From NCBI RefSeq assembly GCF_000181795.1, contig NW_003526940.1, forward strand, positions 2,312,401 through 2,372,432: a stretch of 60,032 bases of DNA, read 5' to 3'. The notes beneath the pieces were generated by a model, which saw only the letters and a program-made list of their open reading frames with translations, searched no databases and was not told the DNA's origin. This stretch comes from Trichinella spiralis (Eukaryota). Made by a program: the position numbers and the translations under genes. How positions within the stretch are numbered: the stretch's first letter is position 1; the number at the start of each line of letters is the position of its first letter. Shown here piece after piece: positions 12,344 to 24,395 of this stretch.

Positions 12344-12972
12344 GTCACACTGTAGCAAATCCGGATCATCAGGCTCAAACGACGGTGTTTTTACCACATT
12401 ATGTTCCGCCAATTCTCGCTGAACAACTTCTGATGCTCAGGGAGTGGACTTCAGGCATGGACGTTAGCGGCAACTCAAGTTCGAACAAATGCTGACCAGG
12501 AAAACAAAATGCTCCGGATAGGGATTTATTAATCAAGTTTACAATACCAACAAACGTCTACTAAACACAGACACTGTTACAGACAGTAAGAAATGATTAA
12601 TACCTGACCATCGAAAGTGTACTGTAGTAGTATTGTCGTTGTAATCGTGGCAACAACGTGTGATCGAGTAGTGCTAGATTTGCCATTTTTGAGAGACGAG
12701 CGTGTCGCTTTTTTGTATTGTATTTGTGACTACAAGAGTAAAAGATTCACTTTAACCCTTGTATTGAATTGACGCGTTCGACGAATAGTTCTCTGTGAAC
12801 TGGTTGAGCGGAGCTTATCTAGGCTACCAGAACGAACTAATTGAGAGTTCGTGTAGACCGACGTAATAAGTTTATTACGTCGCTGGGAGAATTGAATTCC
12901 CGCCGAATCAAATACAGTCCATTATTAACCTGAGCGTCGAGCTGCCGACGACAGAAAAGTCGGTAACATTTC

Positions 12973-12990
12973 TGGTCCTCCGAGCCGGAT
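12973..12990 (+). promoter_or_regulatory. Primer binding site, tRNA-Tyr
   Basis: TGGTCCTCCGAGCCGGAT is complementary to the tRNA-Tyr 3' end ATCCGGCTCGGAGGACCA. Confidence 0.85.
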
Positions 12991-13005
12991 CGTTTGAGAG
13001 CAGCT

Positions 13006-16000
13006 ATGGATTATGCTAAGTTGAACCGTCGCCGTAACTGCTTGAAAGGGCGAATGAATCGCCTTTGCCAAGACCTCGACGCGTTGATACGTCAACCGGA
13101 ATCACGGATAGACGTCAAGATGACCTTAGATTCAATTTCTAAACTCTTAGAACGTTGTCAAGAAGCGCAGGATGCGGTGGAAGCCGTCATTACTGATGAC
13201 GATGAAATAGAGAAGGAAACTCAAAGGTGGATGGATTTCGAAAGGGAAATACGCTCAGTCCGTGGCAGAGCGGAGAGGTATTTGGAGACGAATACCGAAC
13301 CTGTAGACTCCAAGAAGTCGAGCCTGAATTCAGCATCGGCCAAACTTCCGACTTGGAGTATTCTGAAGTTTACAGGCAAGGTCCTTGACTTCCCATCATT
13401 TTGGGAACAGTTCAATGCAGGAATTCATGATAACGCCGAGCTTGCGGATGTGACGAAATTTATATACCTGAGATCCTTATTGGAAGGTGAAGGGTTGAAA
13501 GCAATAGATGGGTACGCGGTCACGCAGGACAATTACCCAATTGCCAGGCAAGCACTCGTATCTCGATTCGGAAACCCGAAACGAGTAATCGAGCATCACA
13601 TCCAAGCCATCGCGGATCTTAGACCAAACGGAGATAGGACATTCCGTGAATTGCACGATGAGCTGGTGACTCACGTGAGATCTCTGAGAGCATTGAACAG
13701 AGATACGTTAGGGAACCAGTTTGCGTCAGATATCATTCTGACACTCTGCAAACGGCTCCTTCCTAAGAAGATACTAAGCTTGTGGGAAGATAAAATTCTG
13801 GAGTCTGAGGATGATCCAAACGAAGTCGAGACGTTCTTTGTATTCTTGCACAAACATGCAGAAATCGAAGCACGAGTACATCAGGACAACCACAAGTACG
13901 GGAGACGAGATGGAGTCGAGATAAAGAAGAAAGAGCACCGACACTCCAACAAGGTCCTTTCCACGAGTGTAGCGCCGGGAAACCTTTGCTCCATTTGCCA
14001 AGAGAATCACCATGCAGAAGGATGTCCCTTGTTTTTAAAGGCTACGAGACCGGAACGTTGGACATTAGCGAAAAAATATAGATTATGTTTTCGCTGCCTG
14101 CGACAAGGACATCGATCGACTGATTGCAAACGCAGTCACAATTCGAGGAATGTGACTTCGGTCGGCTTACACCGACTACTTTCAGAAGATAGAAACGTGA
14201 GGGCAGCTGAGGAAAACTGCACCCCACATGGAGATGAGCGTAGTGAGAAGAGCCCAGAAACAACACCGACCGATGTAAGTGAACCAACAAACGCTGTTAG
14301 GGTGTGTGCCAATAGAACAAGAGACACCCGAGATAGGACGTATTTGCAAACAGCTAAAGCGTACTTATACACACCGAACGGTAACTATACGGAAGTTATG
14401 TGTTTGTTCTACACAGGATCACAACGCTCGTTCGTGACAAAGGGAATTGCCGACAGCCTAGGACTGACTGGATTGAGTGAACGGGTGTGCATATCCACAC
14501 TGGGAAACAACACCTGCCACAAGAAGCTACGAAGAGTCTCCTTTTCGCTAAAAGGAATTACTCCTAATAGTCAGGCCAAACAGATCAACGCCTACTGTGT
14601 CAATCGGATTTGTGACACATTGGAAGAAAATCCACCAGCAATGTGGGAACATGCGAAAGACTTGAACTTAGCCGACGATTTCCCACGTGGTCGTTGCGAT
14701 GTCGACGTTCTCATCGGAATCGATTATTACTACCATTTCATAGAAGATGATAGAAGATGTGTAGTTGACGAATGGCTAGTAGCACTGCGATCCACACTTG
14801 GATGGATCCTTTGTGGTCAAGATTCGAGAACGAACTATACCGACACTGTTAAAGTGATGCGTATAGATGTGCGACCACGATGCGATTGCGAAAAGCATCA
14901 CAGATTTGGGGAATTAAAATCGATCGGAATCATGGATCAACCTGAAACAGAATCACCAGCTGAAAGAAATGATATCCTACTATCGTGTGATGATGAGTTG
15001 GCCGCTTTAGTTTCTGCTAGACTAGTGACGTACGTAGGAAAACAATTGTCAATTGAGATCGACGAGATAGTCTGCTGGTCTGACAGTGAAGTAGCGCCTT
15101 CGTGGATAAAAAGCCCTGCTGTCAAATGGAAGACCTGTGTAAGAAACCGTGTTGAATCGATTCAACAGCTAACAGAAGCCAGTGTGTGGCGTTATTGCCC
15201 AACCGGCGAAAACCCTGCAGACATGCTAAGCAGAGGATGTTCGTTAAAGAGTTTAGAAGAAAGTCAACTTTGGTGGGAAGGTCCCCTATGGTTATCTTTG
15301 CCGGTAGATAACTGGCCAAAGAAATCCGTAAGAGTAGATCAATCTAAGATCACGTCAAGCGCTGAAGCCAGAAACAAGATCACGACATTGGCCGTTTCTG
15401 TGATTGAGAAGAACGATCGATTGGAACCGTCACGTTTCAGCAACTTCGAAAAACTGGTAAGAGTCACTGCGTTTTGTTTTCGTTTCTTTAGAAATCTACA
15501 GCTACCTCGACACGAAAGAAAGTTCGCAGAACTGACCGTAGAAGAGCTAGCCAAAGCAGAGAATTTTTGGTTGCTGACAGTTCAACCTGAGGCTTTCGAG
15601 AAGGAACTAGCCGCCGTTCAATCTGGAAAAAATCCAGAAGGTAAATTAGCTAGATTCAATCCCTATCTGGATGCAAACGGACTGCTAAGAGTCGGAGGAC
15701 GCCTCCAAAATTCTGACATGGACGCAGAAAGGAAACATCCCATCCTTCTACCATCAACCCATCCGGTAGTGATGCTGCTTATCAAAAGAGTCCACGAGCG
15801 ATCACTGCATGCCGGCACGGAACAGACCCTGACCGACTTACGCCAGCGATTTTGGGTCTTGAAAGGTAGAAGCTCCGTGAAAAGAATTGTTAGACAATGT
15901 CGAATTTGTAAAAGACAGTCTGCAAGACCATACGAACCGATAATGAATGATCTTCCGATAGACCGCGTGACAGTTGCTGCACCCTTTGAACGCATTGGTA

Positions 16001-16536
16001 TAGACATTGCTGGACCGGTGTATATCAAAATGAGAAACAATCATGTGAAGACATACATATGTTTGTTTACATGTATGGTCAGGCGTGCTATACACCTCGA
16101 GCTAGTGACATCCATGACGACGAAACAATTTCTAAACGCGTTTCACCGATTCGCGGCGAGACGAGGATACCCGGTTCTTGTACAGTCAGATAATTTCAAA
16201 ACCTTTAAACAAGCAGATCAAGAACTGCGATACTTGTTTAGTGAGAATCAGTGGTCTGAAATTAGAGCCGCCCTGACTGTAAACCGAATAAAGTGGAAAT
16301 ATATTACCGAGAGAGCACCTTGGAATGGTGGTTATTGGGAAAGAATAGTACGAACGGTAAAGGAATCATTGAAGAAAGTGTTGGGGAACACACGGCTGGA
16401 AGAAGACGAGTTGCGGACAGTGCTTTGTGAGATAGAAGCACGTATCAACAGCAGACCTTTGACTTTCGTAGGAGACGATCCTAACGACCAGAACCCCCTG
16501 ACACCCTTCCATTTTCTAATCGGACGTGAATACTGA
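13006..16536 (+). CDS. BEL/Pao Gag-protease-(partial RNase H)-integrase polyprotein with no RT
   Basis: Gag motifs KFTGKVLDFPSFWEQF and KFIYLRSLL, Cys/His knuckles, protease F[Y/D]TGSQRSF, RNase H tail WSDSEVA..NPADMLSRG, integrase HHCC plus GIDIAGP, SDNFKTF and WERIVRTVK. The stop at 16534 precedes a broken C-terminal tail. Confidence 0.9.
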   Translation: MDYAKLNRRRNCLKGRMNRLCQDLDALIRQPESRIDVKMTLDSISKLLERCQEAQDAVEAVITDDDEIEKETQRWMDFEREIRSVRGRAERYLETNTEPVDSKKSSLNSASAKLPTWSILKFTGKVLDFPSFWEQFNAGIHDNAELADVTKFIYLRSLLEGEGLKAIDGYAVTQDNYPIARQALVSRFGNPKRVIEHHIQAIADLRPNGDRTFRELHDELVTHVRSLRALNRDTLGNQFASDIILTLCKRLLPKKILSLWEDKILESEDDPNEVETFFVFLHKHAEIEARVHQDNHKYGRRDGVEIKKKEHRHSNKVLSTSVAPGNLCSICQENHHAEGCPLFLKATRPERWTLAKKYRLCFRCLRQGHRSTDCKRSHNSRNVTSVGLHRLLSEDRNVRAAEENCTPHGDERSEKSPETTPTDVSEPTNAVRVCANRTRDTRDRTYLQTAKAYLYTPNGNYTEVMCLFYTGSQRSFVTKGIADSLGLTGLSERVCISTLGNNTCHKKLRRVSFSLKGITPNSQAKQINAYCVNRICDTLEENPPAMWEHAKDLNLADDFPRGRCDVDVLIGIDYYYHFIEDDRRCVVDEWLVALRSTLGWILCGQDSRTNYTDTVKVMRIDVRPRCDCEKHHRFGELKSIGIMDQPETESPAERNDILLSCDDELAALVSARLVTYVGKQLSIEIDEIVCWSDSEVAPSWIKSPAVKWKTCVRNRVESIQQLTEASVWRYCPTGENPADMLSRGCSLKSLEESQLWWEGPLWLSLPVDNWPKKSVRVDQSKITSSAEARNKITTLAVSVIEKNDRLEPSRFSNFEKLVRVTAFCFRFFRNLQLPRHERKFAELTVEELAKAENFWLLTVQPEAFEKELAAVQSGKNPEGKLARFNPYLDANGLLRVGGRLQNSDMDAERKHPILLPSTHPVVMLLIKRVHERSLHAGTEQTLTDLRQRFWVLKGRSSVKRIVRQCRICKRQSARPYEPIMNDLPIDRVTVAAPFERIGIDIAGPVYIKMRNNHVKTYICLFTCMVRRAIHLELVTSMTTKQFLNAFHRFAARRGYPVLVQSDNFKTFKQADQELRYLFSENQWSEIRAALTVNRIKWKYITERAPWNGGYWERIVRTVKESLKKVLGNTRLEEDELRTVLCEIEARINSRPLTFVGDDPNDQNPLTPFHFLIGREY

Positions 16537-16804
16537 AACGTACACGAAATACCACATGGTGAAGATAACGATCCCCCGTACGGAGCCCCGACTACAAAAG
16601 AACTGTCCAGACGGTGGAAGTACAGGCGAACGTTAGTAGACACCTGTGGAAACGTTGGAAAAACGAGTATGTCGTAAACTTATCACAGAAGAAGAAATGG
16701 ACGAAAAGCAAACAGAACCACACGTCGAGACATCGTTTTGGTCTCTGAGGACGACGTTTCCGACTCACATGTGGTAAATGGCCAAGAGTCATCGNNNNNN
16801 NNNN

Positions 16805-18277
16805 TAAAATTCTGGAGTCTGAGGATGATCCAAACGAAGTAGAGACGTTCTTTGTATTCTTGCACAAACATGCAGAAATCGAAGCACGAGTACATCAGGA
16901 CAACCACAAGTACGGGAGACGAGATGGAGTCGAGATAAAGAAGAAAGAGCACCGACACTCCAACAAGGTCCTTTCCACGAGTGTATCGCCGGGAAACCTT
17001 TGCTCCATTTGCCGAGAGAATCACCATGTAGAAGGATGTCCCTTGTTTTTAAAGGCTACGAGACCGGAACGTTGGACATTAGCGAAAAAATATGGGTTAT
17101 GTTTTCGCTGCCTGCGACAAGGACATCGATCGACTGATTGCAAACGCAGTCGCAATTCGAGGAATGTGACTTCGGTCGGCTTACACCGACTACTTTCAGA
17201 AGATAGAAACGTGAGGGCAGCTGAGGAAAACTGCACCCCACATGGAGATGAGCGTAGTGAGAAGAGCCCAGAAACAACACCGACCGATGTGAGTGAACCA
17301 ACAAATGCTGTTAGGGTGTGTGCCAATAGAACAAGAGACACCCGAGATAGGACGTATTTGCAAACAGCTAAAGCGTACTTATACACACCGAACGGTAACT
17401 ATACGAAAGTTATGTGTTTGTTCGACACAGGATCACAACGCTCGTTCGTGACAAAGGGAATTGCCGACAGCCTAGGACTGACTGGATTGAGTGAACGGGT
17501 GTGCATATCCACACTGGGAAACAACACCTGCCACAAGAAGCTACGAAGAGTCTCCTTTTCGCTAAAAGGAATTACTCCTAATAGTCAGGCCAAACAGATC
17601 AACGCCTACTGTGTCAATCGGATTTGTGACACATTGGAAGAAAATCCACCAGCAATGTGGGAACATGCGAAAGACTTGAACTTAGCCGACGATTTCCCAC
17701 GTGGTCGTTGCGATGTCGACGTTCTCATCGGAATCGATTATTACTACCATTTCATAGAAGATGATAGAAGATGTGTAGTTGACGAATGGCTAGTAGCACT
17801 GCGATCCACACTTGGATGGATCCTTTGTGGTCAAGATTCGAGAACGAACTATACCGACACTGTTAAAGTGATGCGTATAGATGTGCGACCACGATGCGAT
17901 TGCGAAAAGCATCACAGATTTGGGGAATTAAAATCGATCGGAATCATGGATCAACCTGAAACAGAATCACCAGCTGAAAGAAATGATATCCTACTATCGT
18001 GTGATGATGAGTTGGCCGCTTTAGTTTCTGCTAGACTAGTGACGTACGTAGGAAAACAATTGTCAATTGAGATCGACGAGATAGTCTGCTGGTCTGACAG
18101 TGAAGTAGCGCCTTCGTGGATAAAAAGCCCTGCTGTCAAATGGAAGACCTGTGTAAGAAACCGTGTTGAATCGATTCAACAGCTAACAGAAGCCAGTGTG
18201 TGGCGTTATTGCCCAACCGGCGAAAACCCTGCAGACATGCTAAGCAGCTTTTTTTTATAAAGAGTTTAGAAGAAAGT
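16805..18277 (+). repeat. Second copy of the BEL internal region (about 13791-15265) between two N gaps
   Basis: Near-identical sequence with scattered SNPs (protease FDTGS here, FYTGS in the first copy), bounded by 10-N gaps. Confidence 0.9.
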
Positions 18278-19399
18278 NNNNNNNNNNGGAATAGTTCGAA
18301 CAGGGAAGGTCAAGAACTCATAGGAACGTCAATCGATCAGTACGATAATTTACGTTACTGGACCGGCAGTAGATGCTGATGAACTTCGCCCATCGCGGGG
18401 GGAGTTATGTTACAGACAGTAAGAAATGATTAATACCTGACCATCGAAAGTGTACTGTAGTAGTATTGTCGTTGTAATCGTGGCAACAACGTGTGATCGA
18501 GTAGTGCTAGATTTGCCATTTTTGAGAGACGAGCGTGTCGTTTTTTTGTATTGTATTTGTGACTACAAGAGTAAAGGATTCACTTTAACCCTTGTATTGA
18601 ATTGACGCGTTCGACGAATAGTTCTCTGTGAACTGGTTGAGCGGAGCTTATCTAGGCTACCAGAACGAACTAATTGAGAGTTCGTGTAGACCGACGTAAT
18701 AAGTTTATTACGTCGCTGGGAGAATTGAATTCCCGCTGAATCAAATACAGTCCATTATTAACCTGAGCGTCGAGCTGCCGACGACAGAAAAGTCGGTAAC
18801 AGACACAACTCTAAACTCTACTAAAGAGCAGTCTTTTATCACCCTTGTTATTCGCTTAACTATAATTTAACCATACTCAAAATGGCAAGATACCGAATTT
18901 ACACAGCAGGCGGAGGCTGGCTTGGACAGGAGATCGCTGGAGTAGGCCAACGAGCTGAGTTGCATATAGGTGACCGTTAGCTTGTCCGAAGCATGAATTC
19001 ATTGTCCAGCAGATCTAGTTCGAAGTATGACATAGCTACCATTCCTAGTGGAGCGTAATCCCGTGCAAATTGGGTGGCACTTTCAACTAAGGATCTGAAG
19101 GTTCCAGGCTACAGTACCTCTTCTGTTCCCTGCGGAACACTATTTTATTTTTCTTTGTCATTTCTGTTCAGTTATTGCTATTACATTTCGCAATAAAAAA
19201 TATAGAATTAGGAAGAAGTTTGTTTATAAAATGCTAATCACTAAAAAATATAAAATTTGAAAACAATACATTTAAAGAAAAAGATTGTTAAAACCACTTT
19301 TGCTCGAACCTGATAATCGGAATCTGCTACCATAACCAGAAGTTGGTTGATTGCACGTCATTGTCACGTTTTGCGGGTGAGCAACGGGTTCATGTATAT

Positions 19400-19440
19400 C
19401 AGTGGTGCGCAACTTTTTGGCTACTGGAGGCCGCATTCAG
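19400..19440 (+). mobile_element. Possible hAT (Charlie-like) terminus fragment
   Basis: CAGTGGTGCGCAACTTTTTGG...GGCCGCATT resembles hAT CAG(T/G)GGT..CAAC..GGGCCGCA ends. No partner end was found. Confidence 0.4.
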
Positions 19441-19479
19441 CATCCTTCAAGTCACAGCAGCCTTAAGTGAGCCCAACCA

Positions 19480-22060
19480 CACTGTCCAAAGATACCCAAT
19501 TTGATTGAAAATCCATCTATGTCCAATGAGATTTGGAAATCTACCTACGACCGCGTTTACGCCAATTCCAAAAGCATGGAATGAGGTGCATAAGAAGAAA
19601 TATTTTGTTTTCCCAAAAATTTTTTCAATTTAGCATCGTTCATCGTCGGCCGCACATTTTCGGCTGCTCGTTCGATTCGCAGATTGCGCACCCCTGATGT
19701 ATATATTGAAGGCGTGCGATAGATTGCTTTGACGGTTTTGAGTGCGACTGCGTCTGATTGATCAACTTCCTTGTGTTTCGTTGTTCTGAAATTGCAGCTA
19801 ACTCCTCTAAGCCGCAAAAGGGCCAGCGATTCAATTAGTTATACCCAACTGTCTCGCGTACAGTTGGATTAACCGTGAGAATCATAAACCCGATTATTCT
19901 CAACATAATTTGGTGCCACGAACCGAGAGACCGGAAGTAAGATTTGTTTTGAGATGAAAGCAGAAACGGCGAAAAGGCGCTTAATTCTCGACCAGAGACG
20001 TTAGAAAGGCGTGATCAGCCTAGTTGTGATGCAAGTGGAAGAAGCCACCTCACGGACAGCAGTCAAGTGCGTCCTGAATGCGCGCTATGCAGAGGCACAT
20101 AGAGCTCAGGTTCCGTCAGAAGACGCTCTTCCAGACAAAGACGTTCTTGAAGCGCCGCTTCAAGAATGGTGGTCACTGGTGAAAGAACTGTCCATGATGC
20201 GTATTGAGGCTGCGACTTTTTTAAATGAGGAGGAAGCGGGCGATACCTCACAACAGAAACCACAACTGAATGAGAATTCGCCGCCGAAGTCTGATGGCGA
20301 CATACTGCAGTTAAATCGTTTTGGGACCAATTTGAGGCGTGTCCATCTACGGGAAGAACTAAGCAACATCACAGAGCTCCACTATCTGAGATGATGTTTG
20401 TCTGGTCCGGCGTTGAAGGCAATTGAAGGTGTGACGGTTTGTGCGCCACTCAAGAATCGATTTCACCGACTGCAGGACTTCGTGGAGAGTCATGGATATT
20501 CCCGCAGTTGAGCCTGGTTGGATTAAAGTCGTACGCGCACGACGGAGCTGCACAGTTGACGAGACTGTATGATGAGCTGAATAGGCACTTTATACAGCTG
20601 AATGCTCATGGGAAAAATGTGATTAGTGGCCTGAACGGCCACTTTTGCCTTCACTCACTTTTTACCCACTTTTGCTCATAACAAAGACGAAACTTCGATC
20701 TGGGACCGTAACCGACTGAAAGGGCTTCGTCACGGACAAGATGGATGATGAGATCACGTCGGATGAGTTTCTCACCTTTTTGTTAGATCAAGCCAGGATC
20801 AGAGAATCGGACAACGCAACTCGAACGAAAGCTACTCTGAAGAAGGAAAAGCCGGAGTATGAGAAAAGAGAGAAATCTGAATTATGGTTTTGGTCCGCGG
20901 TGGCGCCCGTGCAATATGGATCAGAGTGTTTCGTGTGTGGCGGGAATCATTTGACCGACGATTGTCCGCGGTTTATGAGACACCCCGTGCCGGAGAGATG
21001 GCATTGTGTGCAGAGGCTCCATCTTAGCATTGTCTGCTTGCAGAAGGGACATTGCAAAGAGGATTTTCCGAAGAGGAAAGCGGAACAGGCGCTGAATGCA
21101 CTGCTCGAATGAGATGCCACAAACAAGCGCGAGAACCGCCAGAGGGCAGAGGATCCTACTGACCGCCGACGACTGAAAGGATGATCCAGTGATGAAATGA
21201 TTTGAAGAATCCTCTGCGATGGATTGAGATATTCTGTTGGTATTCTCTGGAGACTTGATTCGTTCCCTCTGTCAGACAACATGGAAGTCGCGTTGAGTAG
21301 GCTAAGAGCGTTGAAACGGCGGTTGAACCGCGTCCCGGAGAAAGAACAGGGGTACGCAGGAGTCATCTGTGCCTGTCTTGACGGTGGATAGACAGAAGAA
21401 GAGGATGGAAGAAAATGTCCCTCAGGAAGAACATGGTTATGCTGTCCGATCCGGCCGTCTAGCAAGACAATCACGGTAAGAAGAAATGTCGGGTAATGTT
21501 CGACGGCTCTGCGGAATGGAACAGTACATCCTTGAACAGCTGTCCCGACCCAGGACCGAAGTTACAATACAACGTATAGTCACCACGCTTCTCTGGCTCC
21601 GAGGATCCAAGATCACACTGCAGCCGACACCGAGAAGATGTATCTGCCGGTCAAATTGCGTCAGGAAGATCAGGACGTGCCGTTTTATACGGAAGGATGG
21701 GTGTTGCACAGCTCCCATGAAGGTCTACCGGTTGACGCGGGTGAGGTTCGACCTCACATGCTTCCCATTGCTCGCCATGTAATTGGTGATGCACCATGCG
21801 CAACGCCGTTGGAGCATCGACGAGCTGTGATGGAATTTGTGTGGTCCGGAAACTGGTCTAGAGGCTGACGAAACTCATGCGAGCTGACGGCGTTTCTTTC
21901 GGGTAATGGGCAAACAATGTGTCAGACGCATTGAGGTACTTCCCACCGAAAGATGTATCTTTAGCCGATGAGGGCCGGTTGTGGAAGACGTATTGTATTG
22001 GAACTGACGCAGCGACCGCCTGATGTCCGTGCCCATGTCGACATCCACCTGGAGTGGCAT
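19480..22060 (+). mobile_element. Heavily decayed BEL/Pao element (LTR remnant, PBS, gag, RT fragments); left boundary uncertain
   Basis: ...CAACA followed by the PBS-like TGGTGCC at 19911. Gag pieces LSNITELHYLR, EFLTFLLDQAR, CFVCGGNHLTDDC. RT pieces KCRVMFDGS, ITLQPTPRRC (ADIEKMYLQ-like after frameshifts), MKVYRLTRVRFDLTCFPLLAM. Confidence 0.85.
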
Positions 22061-23092
22061 GAATGAATGGATATGGATGATGATGGAAATTTATGGATAT
22101 CCATTTCAAATGAATCAGTTTTCACAGTTGTCATTATTTAACTCTCCGTCTAACTGACTGGTTGCTCGCTAATCTTTGAGGTGAATAATAAATTGTACTC
22201 ATAGTTCAAATCATTCTAAAGATCATGGTAAGCAATTTTTAAATTGGCATTCGATGATTTTTTTGATTGAATTTGTTATTAAAATTACTTTGAATTTATT
22301 AAAATTTTCTTTAGTTGTCAATGCTAAACAGTCTGCACGTTGCCGAATATGAACAAAGAGAATGAGAATTATTGGACTGGATTCGTGCCGTGTCTTGAAA
22401 GATGAAAGCTTCACCAGAGGAACCTAGTAAGTCACAGTACAGCTTGCCGATCTTAAAGATTTTAATTTATGAAATTAATTGAATTAATTACTTTAAGTAT
22501 TACTCGAATTGAGTCAGACATGTTACTGCAGAGTTCAACGTGGGTTTTTATAATGAAGTTTTTAACTGCAGCTTCAGCAAAATATGAACATAAACAGCAA
22601 CGTAATCGCTAATAAAAATTAAGTTTGTAACAAAAAACCGCTAAATATTATCTTATTTTTTAAGTAATTTTAACGCAGTATTATGAAAATAAAAAAGCAG
22701 TATGAAAGATTTTTCAAAATAAAATGCATTTATTGAGGAAAGTTGTAAAACTTTTGCAAGCTATTTCTCACAGTATGAACTGTATGTCTATAGTAAAAAA
22801 ATTAATTGATTTTTTGGTGCATATTTAATGAAATTGAAAATTGTTTTTGAAAGTGTTAATATTTTCTATTTTCAAAAATTACGATAAATTGTAAACATTT
22901 CATTATTGTTAAATGCAGTTCTCAATTTTATAATTTTTACTTATTTTAAGCGCGTAATAAGACGATAAAGTTATCATTAAAATGTTGTGCATTGCTTTAA
23001 TTGAATATTCAGTAGTAGCAGCAAATTGGCTGTGTGAAACGTATGAAATTTTCTTTGCTTATGATTAATTATTTGTATAATTGTTTTTGAAG

Positions 23093-23217
23093 AAATTGGC
23101 GAGCGTAAAGAGACAGAGAAGACTGAAGTGAATAATACAGTTTTCGTCCAAGGCATTCCGGATATGGCATCTGCTGAGATGATCGCAGAGTATTTCAGCG
23201 AAAGTGGAGAAATTATG
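23093..23217 (+). pseudogene. Single exon encoding the N-terminal half of a FET-family (FUS/TAF15/Cabeza-like) RRM
   Basis: NNTVFVQGIPDMASAEMIAEYFSESGEI resembles FUS NNTIFVQGL..VADYFKQIGII. The exon is AG/GT flanked, and the rest of the RRM was not found. Confidence 0.6.
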
Positions 23218-23371
23218 GTCTGTACATGAGGAGTTTTGTCACCTTTTAACAAAGTGGTTTGATGTAATTTAGGTTATTAAAAATGCGCTTGACTGCACTG
23301 ACCTTTTTTATTAAATTGATTTAACATTTACAATAATATTTGCTTGTATAAAAATTGCGGTTTACTTTTAG

Positions 23372-24141
23372 GGTTGAAATTTCCTTCGTTGTGGAGGCCA
23401 TCCCAGTTTTTGGACAAATATATTATTGAAGCTGCTGAAAAGTTATCGATTTCACGAAAAGAATTTGTTCGTGATCTGCCCATAGAATGGCCGAAAAGTA
23501 TGCTCAGTTTAATGTTTAATATTATTAAAATATTTATGCTATTTAAACCTTTTTATACACAACTCCCGTTGCATAACCAAAATGCAGATTTTATAAAGAA
23601 AAACAACAAATATTAAGTACTGTTTTGAAACTTTAGTTGGAAAACTTTCTGAGAAATATGCTTCAGGTGTTGCATGTTATGAGATTAATTAATTATTTGT
23701 GTTTCTGAAATTATTTCCATGATTTCCATTGTTCTTCAATGATTTGTTTTAGGTAAAGTACTTGAATCATTTCAATGCTTTGGTAAACTTGAGATGAGCT
23801 GGTTCAGTGGCATTGTCGAACGTCCAAGCAATGGTAGATGATGAAATGCTAATCACCGCTTCTTTTATTCTACTAATTGAGCTTTATGTTTAGAACGTGC
23901 ATATTTACTTTTCGAGAAAGAAGAAGATGTAAAGACTATGCTTGCTAGCAGCCGACACGTAGGTGATGGTTATGAAGTGAAATTGAAAGATTCATCTGGT
24001 GAACCTCGACCGGTAAGTTCTTTAAGAAAGTTTTGCATATTATATTAAAGATGAATATTTATTGATTGATCAATATTTTAGGTGGTCCTTGAACCATGGA
24101 TCATAGCTGAAGGTGTTTGTTTGGATGAAAGAGTTAGGTAA
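23372..24141 (+). CDS. Divergent CPEB-like RRM1-only gene or gene fragment (exons 23372-23497, 23753-23833, 23894-24012, 24082-24141)
   Basis: Four phase-compatible GT-AG exons give ISRKEFVRDLPIEWPKSKVLESFQCFGKLEMSWF...ERAYLLFEKEEDVKTML...RPVVLEPWIIAE. This aligns with CPEB RRM1 (SRKVFVGGLP..ASFRRFG..W..YAFLLF.EE.SV..VQIRPW). Confidence 0.7.
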
Positions 24142-24395
24142 CAAAAAAATCTAGATGCAACCGGCGTCTTAGAGCAGCCTGATGCCAAAATTAAATTATT
24201 GAAATAAGCGTACACTACAGAAGGAATCAGTAAAAGCTGAAAAAGTCACTGGAATTGCAATAAGTGTGAACTAATAGAACTCAGTTCAATGATAAAACGC
24301 AAATCTTTTTGAAAACATCATTGTTTCAAGTCCGAAAAAAACATCATTCCATTTTATATCTTTAAGAAACTTCGTTTAAAAAATGAGAAATTGGA

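Larger units (their letters stand above)
12575..18801 (+). mobile_element. BEL/Pao LTR retrotransposon, recent insertion, RT-deleted
   Basis: 394-bp TG..CA LTRs at 12575-12968 and 18408-18801, with 3 substitutions seen by eye. TSD GACAC at 12570-12574 and 18802-18806. PBS TGGTCCTCCGAGCCGGAT, and a G-rich PPT before the 3' LTR. Confidence 0.97.

Noticed and set aside
16805..18277. Apparent second gag-protease gene inside the BEL element
   Set aside because: It is an isolated contig between two gaps that duplicates 13791-15265, so likely a misplaced allele or paralogue.
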